A DNA stretch of 32,000 nt from Prochlorococcus marinus subsp. pastoris str. CCMP1986 (GCF_000011465.1 NC_005072.1:30001-62000), one strand, 5' to 3'; positions 20,672 through 29,050 are shown, counted from the stretch's first letter. Numbers and translations are program-made. Notes: generated by a model not told the origin, from the sequence alone.

Positions 20672-22144
20672 ATGAAAAATTTAGAACCTTGGGAAGCTGT
20701 GATCGGTTTAGAAACCCATGTCCAGCTTAATACTAAAAGTAAAATATTTACAGCTGCATCAACAGCTTTTGGTGATGAACCTAATACTCATATTGATCCT
20801 GTTGTTTGTGGCTTGCCAGGAACTCTCCCTGTTTTAAATAAGACTGTTTTAGAGTATGCAGTAAAAACTTCTTTAGCACTAAATTTAAATGTGGCAGAAC
20901 ATTGTAAATTTGATAGAAAACAATACTTTTATCCTGATTTGCCTAAAAATTATCAAATCTCTCAATTCGATGAACCTTTAGCAGAAAATGGCTGGTTAGA
21001 AGTTGAAATAGCAGAAAAAGATAAAGAAACCTACTTAAAAAAAATCGGTATAGAAAGACTTCATATGGAGGAAGATGCTGGTAAATTAGTTCATATAGGA
21101 AGCGATCGATTGGCTGGCTCTAAATATTCATTGGTTGATTACAATCGGGCAGGTATAGCACTCGTTGAGATCGTAAGTAAACCAGATATTAGGACAGGTA
21201 GAGAGGCATCTGAATATGCTTCAGAAATAAGAAGAACTGTTAGATACCTTGGTGTTTCAGACGGAAATATGCAAGAGGGCTCACTGAGATGCGATGTAAA
21301 TATTTCAGTTAGGAGAGGCCCTAATGCCCCTTTCGGGACCAAAGTTGAAATAAAGAATATGAATTCTTTCTCTGCTATTCAAAAGGCTTGTGAGTATGAA
21401 ATAGAAAGACAAATTGATGTTTATGAGAATGGAGGAGAAATTTATCAAGAAACTAGGCTTTGGGACGAAGCTAAGCAATTAACAAAAAGTATGAGATTAA
21501 AGGAGGGTAGTAGTGATTATAGATATTTCCCAGACCCCGATCTTGGCCCAATTGAAATATCAAAAGAACAAAAGGATCAATGGCTTGATGAATTGCCCGA
21601 ATTACCTTCTAAGAAGAGACAAAAATACGTCAAAGAATTAGGTTTGTCACCATATGATTCAAGAGTTATTTCGGATGAAGTTTTTATGGCAAACTTCTTT
21701 GAAGAGACCGTAGCAAATGGAGCCGACCCTAAACTCGCATCAAATTGGATAACAAGTGATATTGTTGGTTATTTGAAATCAAATAAGCAAAGTTTTGCTG
21801 AATTAAAGCTTAGTCCTATTAACCTTGCAGAGATGATTAATATGATTTCTAAGAAAGTTATTAGTGGAAAAATAGCAAAAGAAATCTTACCAGAATTAAT
21901 TCAGGATAATATTTCTCCACAAAAGGTAGTTGAAGAAAAAGGCTTGGCGATGATATCTGATTCTGCAAGCATTTCGCCTATTATTGAAGAACTTATCATT
22001 GAATATCCTAAAGAGGTCAAATCTTTTAAAGATGGAAAAACTAAACTCCTTGGTTTTTTTGTAGGACAGCTGATGAAAAAAACTAAAGGTAAAGCAGATC
22101 CCAAACTTGCTAATAAACTCATTTCAGAAAAACTAAATAGTTAA
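20672..22144 (+). CDS. gatB: Aspartyl/glutamyl-tRNA(Asn/Gln) amidotransferase subunit B
   Basis: 490 aa. EAVIGLETHVQLNTKSKIF, LEEDAGKL, NRAGIALVEIVSKPDIR and MQEGSLRCDVNISVR. Confidence 0.98.
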   Translation: MKNLEPWEAVIGLETHVQLNTKSKIFTAASTAFGDEPNTHIDPVVCGLPGTLPVLNKTVLEYAVKTSLALNLNVAEHCKFDRKQYFYPDLPKNYQISQFDEPLAENGWLEVEIAEKDKETYLKKIGIERLHMEEDAGKLVHIGSDRLAGSKYSLVDYNRAGIALVEIVSKPDIRTGREASEYASEIRRTVRYLGVSDGNMQEGSLRCDVNISVRRGPNAPFGTKVEIKNMNSFSAIQKACEYEIERQIDVYENGGEIYQETRLWDEAKQLTKSMRLKEGSSDYRYFPDPDLGPIEISKEQKDQWLDELPELPSKKRQKYVKELGLSPYDSRVISDEVFMANFFEETVANGADPKLASNWITSDIVGYLKSNKQSFAELKLSPINLAEMINMISKKVISGKIAKEILPELIQDNISPQKVVEEKGLAMISDSASISPIIEELIIEYPKEVKSFKDGKTKLLGFFVGQLMKKTKGKADPKLANKLISEKLNS

Positions 22145-22147
22145 TTT

Positions 22148-22762
22148 CTAGACAAGTTTTTTTATTGTATTCTTCCATAACTGTTTATTATCTGAATTGT
22201 CTAAAATTACATCTGCAAATTTAGATTTATCTTCAAAATTTAATTGAAGATTTATAATTTTCTGAGCCTCATTTTCACTGATTATATTTCTTTTCATAAG
22301 TCTTTTCTTTTGGACTTCTTTTGGGCATTTTACTAACCATATTTCTGTACAAATATCCCCAAATTTTGCTTCAAACAGCAAAGGAATAACTAAAAGTAGA
22401 ATTTTATTTTTATCAAATTGATTACATTTTTCTATCATTTTTTCTTTTATTAATGGATGAAGAAGATTTTGAATCCATTTTCTATGTATAGAATTTTCGA
22501 AAATAATTTTTTTTAATAATGCCCTGTTTATTTCATTTTCTGAAGAATGCTGATCAACTATTTGAGGTCCAAAATAAGCGACAACTTTCTTATAGCAATT
22601 ACTTTTCGGCTTGATTAGATCTTTTGAATATTGATCTGCATCCAATATTGGAATGTCTATATATTCTTTTATGTATTTAGCTATTGTAGATTTTCCACTT
22701 GCAATACCTCCAGTAAGACCTATTCTTCGTTGTTTATTGTTTAATTTTGGGTGGATGCTCAT
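22148..22762 (-). CDS. coaE: Dephospho-CoA kinase
   Basis: 204 aa. P-loop IGLTGGIASGKST, LDADQYSKDL and HPLIKEKM. Confidence 0.95.
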   Translation of the reverse strand: MSIHPKLNNKQRRIGLTGGIASGKSTIAKYIKEYIDIPILDADQYSKDLIKPKSNCYKKVVAYFGPQIVDQHSSENEINRALLKKIIFENSIHRKWIQNLLHPLIKEKMIEKCNQFDKNKILLLVIPLLFEAKFGDICTEIWLVKCPKEVQKKRLMKRNIISENEAQKIINLQLNFEDKSKFADVILDNSDNKQLWKNTIKKLV

Positions 22763-22836
22763 AAATTTAATAAGAATCTATATTGCAGTGTTTTAATAGA
22801 AAGAATAGTTATTATGAATTTAATTTATAAAAAAGA

Positions 22837-24075
22837 TTGATTCAGCTTGAGACTAATTGGTCATTTGTGAGTGATGGTGAAGAAAAGCCTGATGGTTTTT
22901 CTTTTGCAGGGATCGCTGCAGGATTAAAGGATTCTAATAAGAAAGACTTGGCTTTAATATTAGCCCCAGAAAATAGCATTTGTAGTGGCTTGTTTACACA
23001 ATCAATAGTTCGAGCATCCTGTGTAGATATTTGTGAACAAAGGATTAAAAAGTCTTCAGGTCTTATAAGAGCAATATTAATAAACTCCGGACAAGCAAAT
23101 GCCTGTACAGGTGATTATGGTATTCAACATACTTTGTTTGCTACGAAGGAGGTCTCGCAATTATTAGGAATAAATGAAGAAGAAGTTTTAATGTGCTCAA
23201 CTGGTGTAATTGGTATACCGATTCAAATAAAAAATTTAATTGATAATTTGCCTAATTTGGTCAAGGAGTTAAAAACAAATAGTTTACAGAATGCTGCAGA
23301 AGCTATTTTAACTACTGATTTAGTTGACAAAAAAATAACTATAGAAACATTTATTGAAGGAAGAAAGGTAAAGATATCTGGCTTCGCAAAAGGATCAGGA
23401 ATGATTTATCCGAATATGGCTACTATGTTGGCTTTTCTTACATGTGATGTTGGTGTTGATAAAGAAGAATGGGACAAGATGATTTCTATTGCTGTTAAAA
23501 AGTCTTTTAATGCTATTTCCGTGGATGGAGAGACAAGTACTAATGATGCTTTTATAGGAATAAATTCAGGAAAAAAAATTGATAAGAAATTTTTATCAAA
23601 GATTCAATCAGGAATTGATATTGTATGCCAGAGCTTGGCAAAAAATATCGCTAGAGATGGAGAAGGCGCAAATTGTTTGCTAGAGGTTTTGGTTGAGGGA
23701 GCCAAGAGTAATTCAGATGCAATTAAAATAGCAAAATCTATATGTAATTCTTCACTGGTAAAAACTGCAATTAATGGGTGTGATCCAAATTGGGGCAGAA
23801 TTATTTCAGCTGCTGGTAATTCTGGAATTGACTTTAAATTAGATTTCCTTGATTTATATATTGGAGACTTTCAGATTTTGAAAAAGGGTAAGTTGAATAA
23901 ATATGATTCCAAAAAAGTTGCCAATTATATGCAAACAAGAATGAATGGTAAATATTTAGTTGAGGATATAGTATCTATATCTCTTCATCTTAATTCTGGT
24001 TCAGAAAAAGGAACTGCTTGGGGTTGTGATTTGTCTAAAAAGTACGTTGAAATAAATAGTGAATATACTACTTAA
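22837..24075 (+). CDS. argJ: Bifunctional glutamate N-acetyltransferase / amino-acid acetyltransferase ArgJ
   Basis: 412 aa. INSGQANACTGDYG, the autoproteolysis-site region MIYPNMATMLAFLTCD and DPNWGRI. Confidence 0.97.
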   Translation: MIQLETNWSFVSDGEEKPDGFSFAGIAAGLKDSNKKDLALILAPENSICSGLFTQSIVRASCVDICEQRIKKSSGLIRAILINSGQANACTGDYGIQHTLFATKEVSQLLGINEEEVLMCSTGVIGIPIQIKNLIDNLPNLVKELKTNSLQNAAEAILTTDLVDKKITIETFIEGRKVKISGFAKGSGMIYPNMATMLAFLTCDVGVDKEEWDKMISIAVKKSFNAISVDGETSTNDAFIGINSGKKIDKKFLSKIQSGIDIVCQSLAKNIARDGEGANCLLEVLVEGAKSNSDAIKIAKSICNSSLVKTAINGCDPNWGRIISAAGNSGIDFKLDFLDLYIGDFQILKKGKLNKYDSKKVANYMQTRMNGKYLVEDIVSISLHLNSGSEKGTAWGCDLSKKYVEINSEYTT

Positions 24076-24310
24076 TTGTTAGCAGCTCAATTGGTAAATA
24101 TTCGTTTATGTAAAGAAATAGGATTGAAATAGTTCCTATTACAGAACCAATAAAACTTCCAATAAAATAATTAAATATCTTGGGTTGTATGATTTGTGAG
24201 TTTTCTCCATTTTCTATTTCAAAATCAGGAGAATCAACTACTTTTAGGCGCTGATTAGTTGTTGGTTGTTTAAGTTGTTGGTGTCGGATGAGCGCTTCGA
24301 AATCAGGCAT
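24068..24310 (-). CDS. Small protein with a C-terminal transmembrane segment; its start overlaps the 3' end of the ParA-like gene
   Basis: 80 aa, ATG start. Soluble N-terminal part and TM segment IFNYFIGSFIGSVIGTISILFLYI. Overlaps the upstream parA-like gene by 67 bp in another frame and the 3' end of argJ by 8 bp. Confidence 0.6.
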   Translation of the reverse strand: MPDFEALIRHQQLKQPTTNQRLKVVDSPDFEIENGENSQIIQPKIFNYFIGSFIGSVIGTISILFLYINEYLPIELLTIK

Positions 24311-24915
24311 GGAATTTGAGATGCAATGGAACAGTAGGCAGACCAGCCCGTCATTCGACGAGGATCTGATCTTCCTAAATCGTCTACAGCTTCAAATACT
24401 GCATTTCCAGATGCTTCTGCTTTATCAAATGCTGAAAGTAAAGGAATAAATGTATCAAAAACGTGTAAACCGAAATTTTCTAACGCTGCTTGAGCTTGTT
24501 GAGCTGCTTTTTGTTGTCTAAAATCTACTTTTACAATTACGACTGCATGGTTAACTTTTAAAGTATTTAATAAGCTGGCTAATTCAACAGTTAATTCAAC
24601 AGACCTCGCTTTTGCGGTCGTGGGTAAAATAACTAAATCTGATCCGTATGCAAGATGTTTAAGTTCTTCTGTATCACTGCTTGCCTGGCCATCAGTAATA
24701 ACAATTTCGGAGGATCTGGAGGCTTTTGCGGCTGAACTAACTGGAAAAACGGGAAATGGAAGATTTCCTCGGGATGAGTAGGCTAATGCTGATCTGTTTT
24801 TATCAGCATCAACTATACATACCTTTTTGCCTTCAGAATGCCATACACTTGCAAGGTGAATACTTGTGCAAGTTTTAGCAACACCTCCTTTTTGACCGCA
24901 AACAGTAATAAACAA
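24244..24915 (-). CDS. ParA/MinD-family (deviant Walker A) ATPase, orphan
   Basis: 223 aa. N-terminal MFITVCGQKGGVAKTCTSIHLASVWHSEGKKVCIVDADKNRSA (KGGVAKT deviant Walker A, DAD). No ParB-like gene within the window. Confidence 0.9.
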   Translation of the reverse strand: MFITVCGQKGGVAKTCTSIHLASVWHSEGKKVCIVDADKNRSALAYSSRGNLPFPVFPVSSAAKASRSSEIVITDGQASSDTEELKHLAYGSDLVILPTTAKARSVELTVELASLLNTLKVNHAVVIVKVDFRQQKAAQQAQAALENFGLHVFDTFIPLLSAFDKAEASGNAVFEAVDDLGRSDPRRMTGWSAYCSIASQIPCLISKRSSDTNNLNNQQLISA

Positions 24916-25065
24916 TTTTTTACTAATATTTCCCTTACTTTGGAGAATAATTTCTTAATGTCAATAGGTAATTATTTGAAAAGTTTTAAAACTTATATTT
25001 CCTAAATACTCTTTTGTGGAATATATAGTTTCGAGTAACCTTAACAGTATGTTTAAAAATAGTAA

Positions 25066-26028
25066 GTGAAAAAAAGAATTGGACTAGGAACATGGTCTTG
25101 GGGAAATCAAGTTTTTTGGGACTATCAAATTCGTAATGATGATGATTTATCTGAGACTTATAAAGAAGCGTTAAAAAGAGGTTTTAACTTAATTGACAGT
25201 GCAGATTCTTATGGAACTGGAAAACTTAATGGAAGAAGTGAAGAACTTTTAGGAAAATTTTTACTAGATACTCCTGCTTTTCAAAAAAAACGCGTTCAAA
25301 TAGCAACGAAGCTCGCTCCTTATCCATGGAGATTGGGGAATAAAGGTTTCACCAAACCCTATCTCAAAAGTTTAGAAAGATTAAATAATAAATTAGATAT
25401 AGTTCAAATACATTGGTCAACCGCAAAATATAATCCCTGGCAAGAATTACAATTATTAAATAATCTTTGTGATTTAATTGATCAAGGTTTTAATTTTCAA
25501 ATTGGATTATCAAATATTGGACCCCAAAGATTAAAGAAAATAATTCAATACTTATCAAAAAGAGATCAGAAAATTAAAAGTGTTCAAATTCAGTTTTCTT
25601 TATTATCTCCAGATTTCTTAAAACATACAAATGTAAAAAGAATTTGTGAAAATTATGATATTGATTTTTTAGCCTATAGTCCTTTAGCTTTTGGAATACT
25701 ATGTATAGATCCTGAAAAAGATGAAGATAAGCAAAATTCTTTTCTACGTAGTTTGATTTTTAAAAACTATAAAAAATCAAGTATTGAATTAAGGAGATGT
25801 CTTAAGCAGATTGCTGTTTCAAGATCAGTTTCACAAGCTCAAGTAGCAATCAATTGGTGTTGTTATCAGGGAGCCATACCTCTTGTAGGAATGAGAAAAA
25901 GGTCTCAAGTTATTGATATATCTAATGTTTTTAAATGGAATTTAAACAAAAAAGAATTTGGAATGCTTCAAGAAGCTTCTCAAAAGTGTTTGAAAAAGAT
26001 GCCAAGTAATCCTTTTTCAAGCTTGTAA
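25066..26028 (+). CDS. Aldo/keto reductase family protein
   Basis: 320 aa, GTG start. GLGTWSWGN, FNLIDSADSYGTGK, QIATKLAPYPW, VQIHWS and VSQAQVAINWCCYQGAIPLVGMR. Confidence 0.92.
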   Translation: MKKRIGLGTWSWGNQVFWDYQIRNDDDLSETYKEALKRGFNLIDSADSYGTGKLNGRSEELLGKFLLDTPAFQKKRVQIATKLAPYPWRLGNKGFTKPYLKSLERLNNKLDIVQIHWSTAKYNPWQELQLLNNLCDLIDQGFNFQIGLSNIGPQRLKKIIQYLSKRDQKIKSVQIQFSLLSPDFLKHTNVKRICENYDIDFLAYSPLAFGILCIDPEKDEDKQNSFLRSLIFKNYKKSSIELRRCLKQIAVSRSVSQAQVAINWCCYQGAIPLVGMRKRSQVIDISNVFKWNLNKKEFGMLQEASQKCLKKMPSNPFSSL

Positions 26029-26340
26029 AAGAGAATTCAATAAATTTTATGCAGATAGTTTTTTAAGATTTTTTATTTGATTATTGCTCCAAAGTTCTGT
26101 CGGAAAGTTTGAACCTGTAAATCTTAAAACTTTAGGTTTATATTTTATTAATAAGTCATTAATGTTATTTTTTGTGCTCATTTGTATTGATAATTTTTTA
26201 GTACGCTAAAATATTTTTTTCCTAATCTTCTCAGTATTTATACTTATAAAATTCAAAAAATAATTTCTAATACATTATTTTGAAGTAAATTTTACAAATT
26301 AACAAATTATCTAATACTATTTTGTTCAATATAAAATGGT

Positions 26341-26358
26341 GGAGCCCTTCCAGGCTCC
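26341..26358 (-). terminator. 3' hairpin of the tmRNA coding piece (6-bp stem, 6-nt loop)
   Basis: ggagcc-cttcca-ggctcc on the plus strand (GGAGCC-TGGAAG-GGCTCC on minus), followed on the minus strand by ACCATTTTATA. It may be an end-structure of the mature RNA rather than a true terminator. Confidence 0.45.
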
Positions 26359-26406
26359 TTGGATCATTTGGTTGATAAGGCTGATATCACCCCATCTCCT
26401 TTGAGA

Positions 26407-26457
26407 TCAAGCAGCAACTGGTGCTGTTTGACGGGAGAAACTAACGATTTTGTTAGC
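26407..26457 (-). other. tmRNA-encoded proteolysis tag reading frame, ANKIVSFSRQTAPVAA*
   Basis: Reverse complement GCTAACAAAATCGTTAGTTTCTCCCGTCAAACAGCACCAGTTGCTGCTTGA encodes ANKIVSFSRQTAPVAA followed by TGA. Confidence 0.95.
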
Positions 26458-26662
26458 GTTTGTGTTTTTGCTCTAACCGAGCAGGCTTCAGTCATCTTCC
26501 TTACGCCCCGTCGAAACCATTACAACCCCAAATGAAAATGGAGTTGAGCGGAATCGAACCGCTGTCCGAAACATCGGTTGAGATCACCTAGTCCAATTGG
26601 ACATTTATATTCTGGCAGGCAAAATGAGTATTGAATAGCTATTTCATTAATTTTTTAAATAT

Positions 26663-27787
26663 ATGCACGTAATTGCATCATCTCCTGAAGGTTTAGAGAA
26701 ATATTTAGCAAGCGAAATTATTGAATTGGGTGGATTTAATATTAATACCTATAAAAGATCAGTTTCTTTTGAATGTGATTATGCCACTTTTTATAGAATT
26801 CATTTTTTTTCAAGAGTTGCGTTTCGTTTTTATAGAGAAGTATCACGTTTTGTTTGCTATGACAGGCTTTCTTTATATGAGGGAGTTAGAGATTCATTTG
26901 ATTGGTTGAAATGGTTACCTTCTGAAAAAACATTTAATGTTCAAGTTACAGGCAGAACTTCATCGTTAAGTCATTCTCATTTCACTGCTCTTGAGGTTAA
27001 AAATTCAATTACTGATCTCCAACAATCTGTTTGGAATAAAAGATCTAATATTTCTTTAGATAATCCTGATTTGATAATTCATTTACATTTAAATAATGAT
27101 CGTGGGGTTCTTAGCTTGCAGAGCACTTTTGAAAGTCTTCATAAAAGAGGATATAGACCTGCTATTGGATATGCTCCACTTAAAGAAAATTTAGCTTCTG
27201 GATTATTAAAAATAACTGAATGGAATGGAACTAAACCTTTGGTTGATCTTATGTGTGGATCAGGAACTTTTTTAATAGAGGCTATTAATCAAATTCTTAA
27301 AGTTCCACTTAAATTTCAGCAATTTTATCTCTTTGAAAATTGGCTCGATTTTAACAAATATATTTTTTTAGAAGAGAAAAACAAGGCTCAGAAGAGAGTT
27401 GTTACCTTTGAGAAACTATCAAAAACTATTGGTTGTGAGATTAATAAAGATGTTTTTGATCAAGCAAAAGTCAACATACAACTAGCAGGGCTTGAAAATT
27501 ATATTGAACTGCAAAATGATGATTTTAAAAATATTCAATTTAAATCTTCAGAAGGATTAGTTTTATGTAATCCACCGTATGGAAAAAAATTAGGTGATGA
27601 AAACGAATTAATTACCTTATATGAGGATATGGGTGAATTTTTGAAGAAAAATTTTTCTGGTTGGGAATTCTGGTTACTAAGTGGGAATCCAAAACTTACA
27701 AGATATTTAAAAATGAAATCTTCTTTGAAAATACCTGTGAGTAATGGAGGCATTGATTGCAGATGGATAAAATATTTAATAAGATAA
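26663..27787 (+). CDS. THUMP/class I SAM-dependent RNA methyltransferase (RlmL/Trm14-like)
   Basis: 374 aa. N-terminal MHVIASSPEGLEKYLASEIIELGG (ferredoxin-like/THUMP region), LVDLMCGSGTFLIEA (SAM motif I) and LVLCNPPYGKKLGDE (NPPY motif IV). Confidence 0.93.
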   Translation: MHVIASSPEGLEKYLASEIIELGGFNINTYKRSVSFECDYATFYRIHFFSRVAFRFYREVSRFVCYDRLSLYEGVRDSFDWLKWLPSEKTFNVQVTGRTSSLSHSHFTALEVKNSITDLQQSVWNKRSNISLDNPDLIIHLHLNNDRGVLSLQSTFESLHKRGYRPAIGYAPLKENLASGLLKITEWNGTKPLVDLMCGSGTFLIEAINQILKVPLKFQQFYLFENWLDFNKYIFLEEKNKAQKRVVTFEKLSKTIGCEINKDVFDQAKVNIQLAGLENYIELQNDDFKNIQFKSSEGLVLCNPPYGKKLGDENELITLYEDMGEFLKKNFSGWEFWLLSGNPKLTRYLKMKSSLKIPVSNGGIDCRWIKYLIR

Positions 27788-27788
27788 T

Positions 27789-28175
27789 TTATTTTTTTCC
27801 TAATACTGCTTTTGTTGTTTTACCCAAACCTTCTAGTGTTTGGGGTAGATAAGGTCCTTTAGCAAGTTTTCCTCCAAGCTTTAAGCTCAAACCTGCAAGA
27901 AATAAATCAACAAATATTATCAAAAGTAAATTATATTCTGTTGCCCAATTATTCAACTTACTAAGAGTCAGATAAAAAATAACATGAATAGATATTAAAA
28001 CTAATAATAATAAAATTCCACCCATAGCAATAAATACTCCCCCACTTATTAATCTTCTCTTTTCTCTATCAACTTCTTGAAGTGCTATTCGAACATGCAA
28101 ATCCATTACCGAACTAGCAATTGCAGAGATTCTTGAAGCTGTATTAGCAAAGTTTTTGTTTTTGGGTTTATCCAT
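27789..28175 (-). CDS. Membrane protein resembling the phage-holin-superfamily/DUF1469 (YqjE-like) group
   Basis: 128 aa. SRISAIASSVMDLHVRIALQEVDREKRRLISGGVFIAMGGILLLLVLISIHVIFYLTL plus a second TM hairpin LLLIIFVDLFLAGLSLKLGGKL. Confidence 0.75.
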   Translation of the reverse strand: MDKPKNKNFANTASRISAIASSVMDLHVRIALQEVDREKRRLISGGVFIAMGGILLLLVLISIHVIFYLTLSKLNNWATEYNLLLIIFVDLFLAGLSLKLGGKLAKGPYLPQTLEGLGKTTKAVLGKK

Positions 28176-28637
28176 TTATTTATTTCTACTATTAATTAAA
28201 CTACCTATAAATAATCCTATACCAGCAGCAATAGCAATAGATAAGATTGGTTTTTTTCTAATTGGGGTTTCTATTTTTGGCCTTAATGTACTGTTTAGTT
28301 CATCTAGTAACTCTTCTAATTGACTTTCGATTGGTTCTATTTTATCTGCAATTTCCCAATTATTTTCTTGAATTGAATCAATGATTTGAAATAATTGATT
28401 TTTAATACCACTAGCAGATGATCCAGTATGACTTGCTATTACTCCAACTAAATCATCAATACTTCCTTTTGCAGTCTCAAGAGTTTGTTGTGCGATATTA
28501 GGCCATTTTTCTTGTATTAACGGAATCAAACTATCGATTTTTTCTCGTAACCATTTTTCTGATATGCCTTCTTCCTTTGGCAGCCCAGAATCATCAATTG
28601 TTTCTTTAACTTCTTTGGGAGGATGAAAAGCTTCCAT
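28176..28637 (-). CDS. DUF883-like (YqjD/ElaB-like) protein with C-terminal membrane anchor
   Basis: 153 aa. Long amphipathic helical region with C-terminal IRKKPILSIAIAAGIGLFIGSLINSRNK, which resembles the ElaB/YqjD C-terminal glycine-rich TM motif. Abuts the downstream YqjE-like gene with no gap. Confidence 0.7.
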   Translation of the reverse strand: MEAFHPPKEVKETIDDSGLPKEEGISEKWLREKIDSLIPLIQEKWPNIAQQTLETAKGSIDDLVGVIASHTGSSASGIKNQLFQIIDSIQENNWEIADKIEPIESQLEELLDELNSTLRPKIETPIRKKPILSIAIAAGIGLFIGSLINSRNK

Positions 28638-28825
28638 TAATCAACCTACATTTCTTTTAGAGTAGACTGTATTTTCTTAATTTGAAACCCTTTTATTTAG
28701 TTTTTTTTTAATAAAAAATTATAGACATATAAAATTTTATTTACATTTCATTTATCTCACCTGTTCTGTAATAAGGTTTTGTTAAGCTATTACTGACTTT
28801 ATTAAATTAAGTTTTTTATTTCATC

Positions 28826-28963
28826 ATGGATATCACATTTGCAGCAATTATTTTTGCATCCCGTACAATTCCAACTGATTTTGGATTGGTAGCAGCAGCT
28901 ATTGCAGGAGCTGGCAGCTTGCTATTTATTGCTTTGAGATTTGTTCCTGATGCGGGTAACTAG
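28826..28963 (+). CDS. 45-aa hydrophobic microprotein (single TM), not in the supplied ORF track
   Basis: Manual translation MDITFAAIIFASRTIPTDFGLVAAAIAGAGSLLFIALRFVPDAGN*. ATG start, intergenic, with a clear hydrophobic Ala/Gly-rich helix. Confidence 0.65.
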   Translation: MDITFAAIIFASRTIPTDFGLVAAAIAGAGSLLFIALRFVPDAGN

Positions 28964-29050
28964 GTTTTTCCTTTTTTAAAATGCACTAACTTGTTAGTTC
29001 ATTTTAATGATTGATTATTGAAATAAAATAATTTATTGATGAGCTAGATA

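Larger units (their letters stand above)
26339..26622 (-). ncRNA. ssrA: tmRNA (ssrA), circularly permuted two-piece cyanobacterial type; the acceptor piece lies upstream of the coding piece on the minus strand
   Basis: Minus strand has the acceptor piece ...TTCGGACAGCGGTTCGATTCCGCTCAACTCCA (T-arm and 3' end, ending near 26539), then the coding piece GGGGTTGTAATGGTTTCGACGGGG... starting at 26529 and ending near the GGAGCC/GGCTCC hairpin. GGGGUUG pairs with CAACUCC, including the G3-U AlaRS identity pair. Exact mature ends are approximate. Confidence 0.94.

Noticed and set aside
21139-22122. Two - strand ORFs (67 and 73 aa) within gatB
   Set aside because: Antisense shadows of a strongly supported gene.
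26721-26909. 62-aa + strand ORF
   Set aside because: Alternate frame inside the RlmL-like methyltransferase.
27789-28175. Holin-like protein considered as evidence of a prophage
   Set aside because: No endolysin, integrase or structural phage genes nearby. The pairing with a DUF883-like gene fits a chromosomal YqjD/YqjE-like module better.
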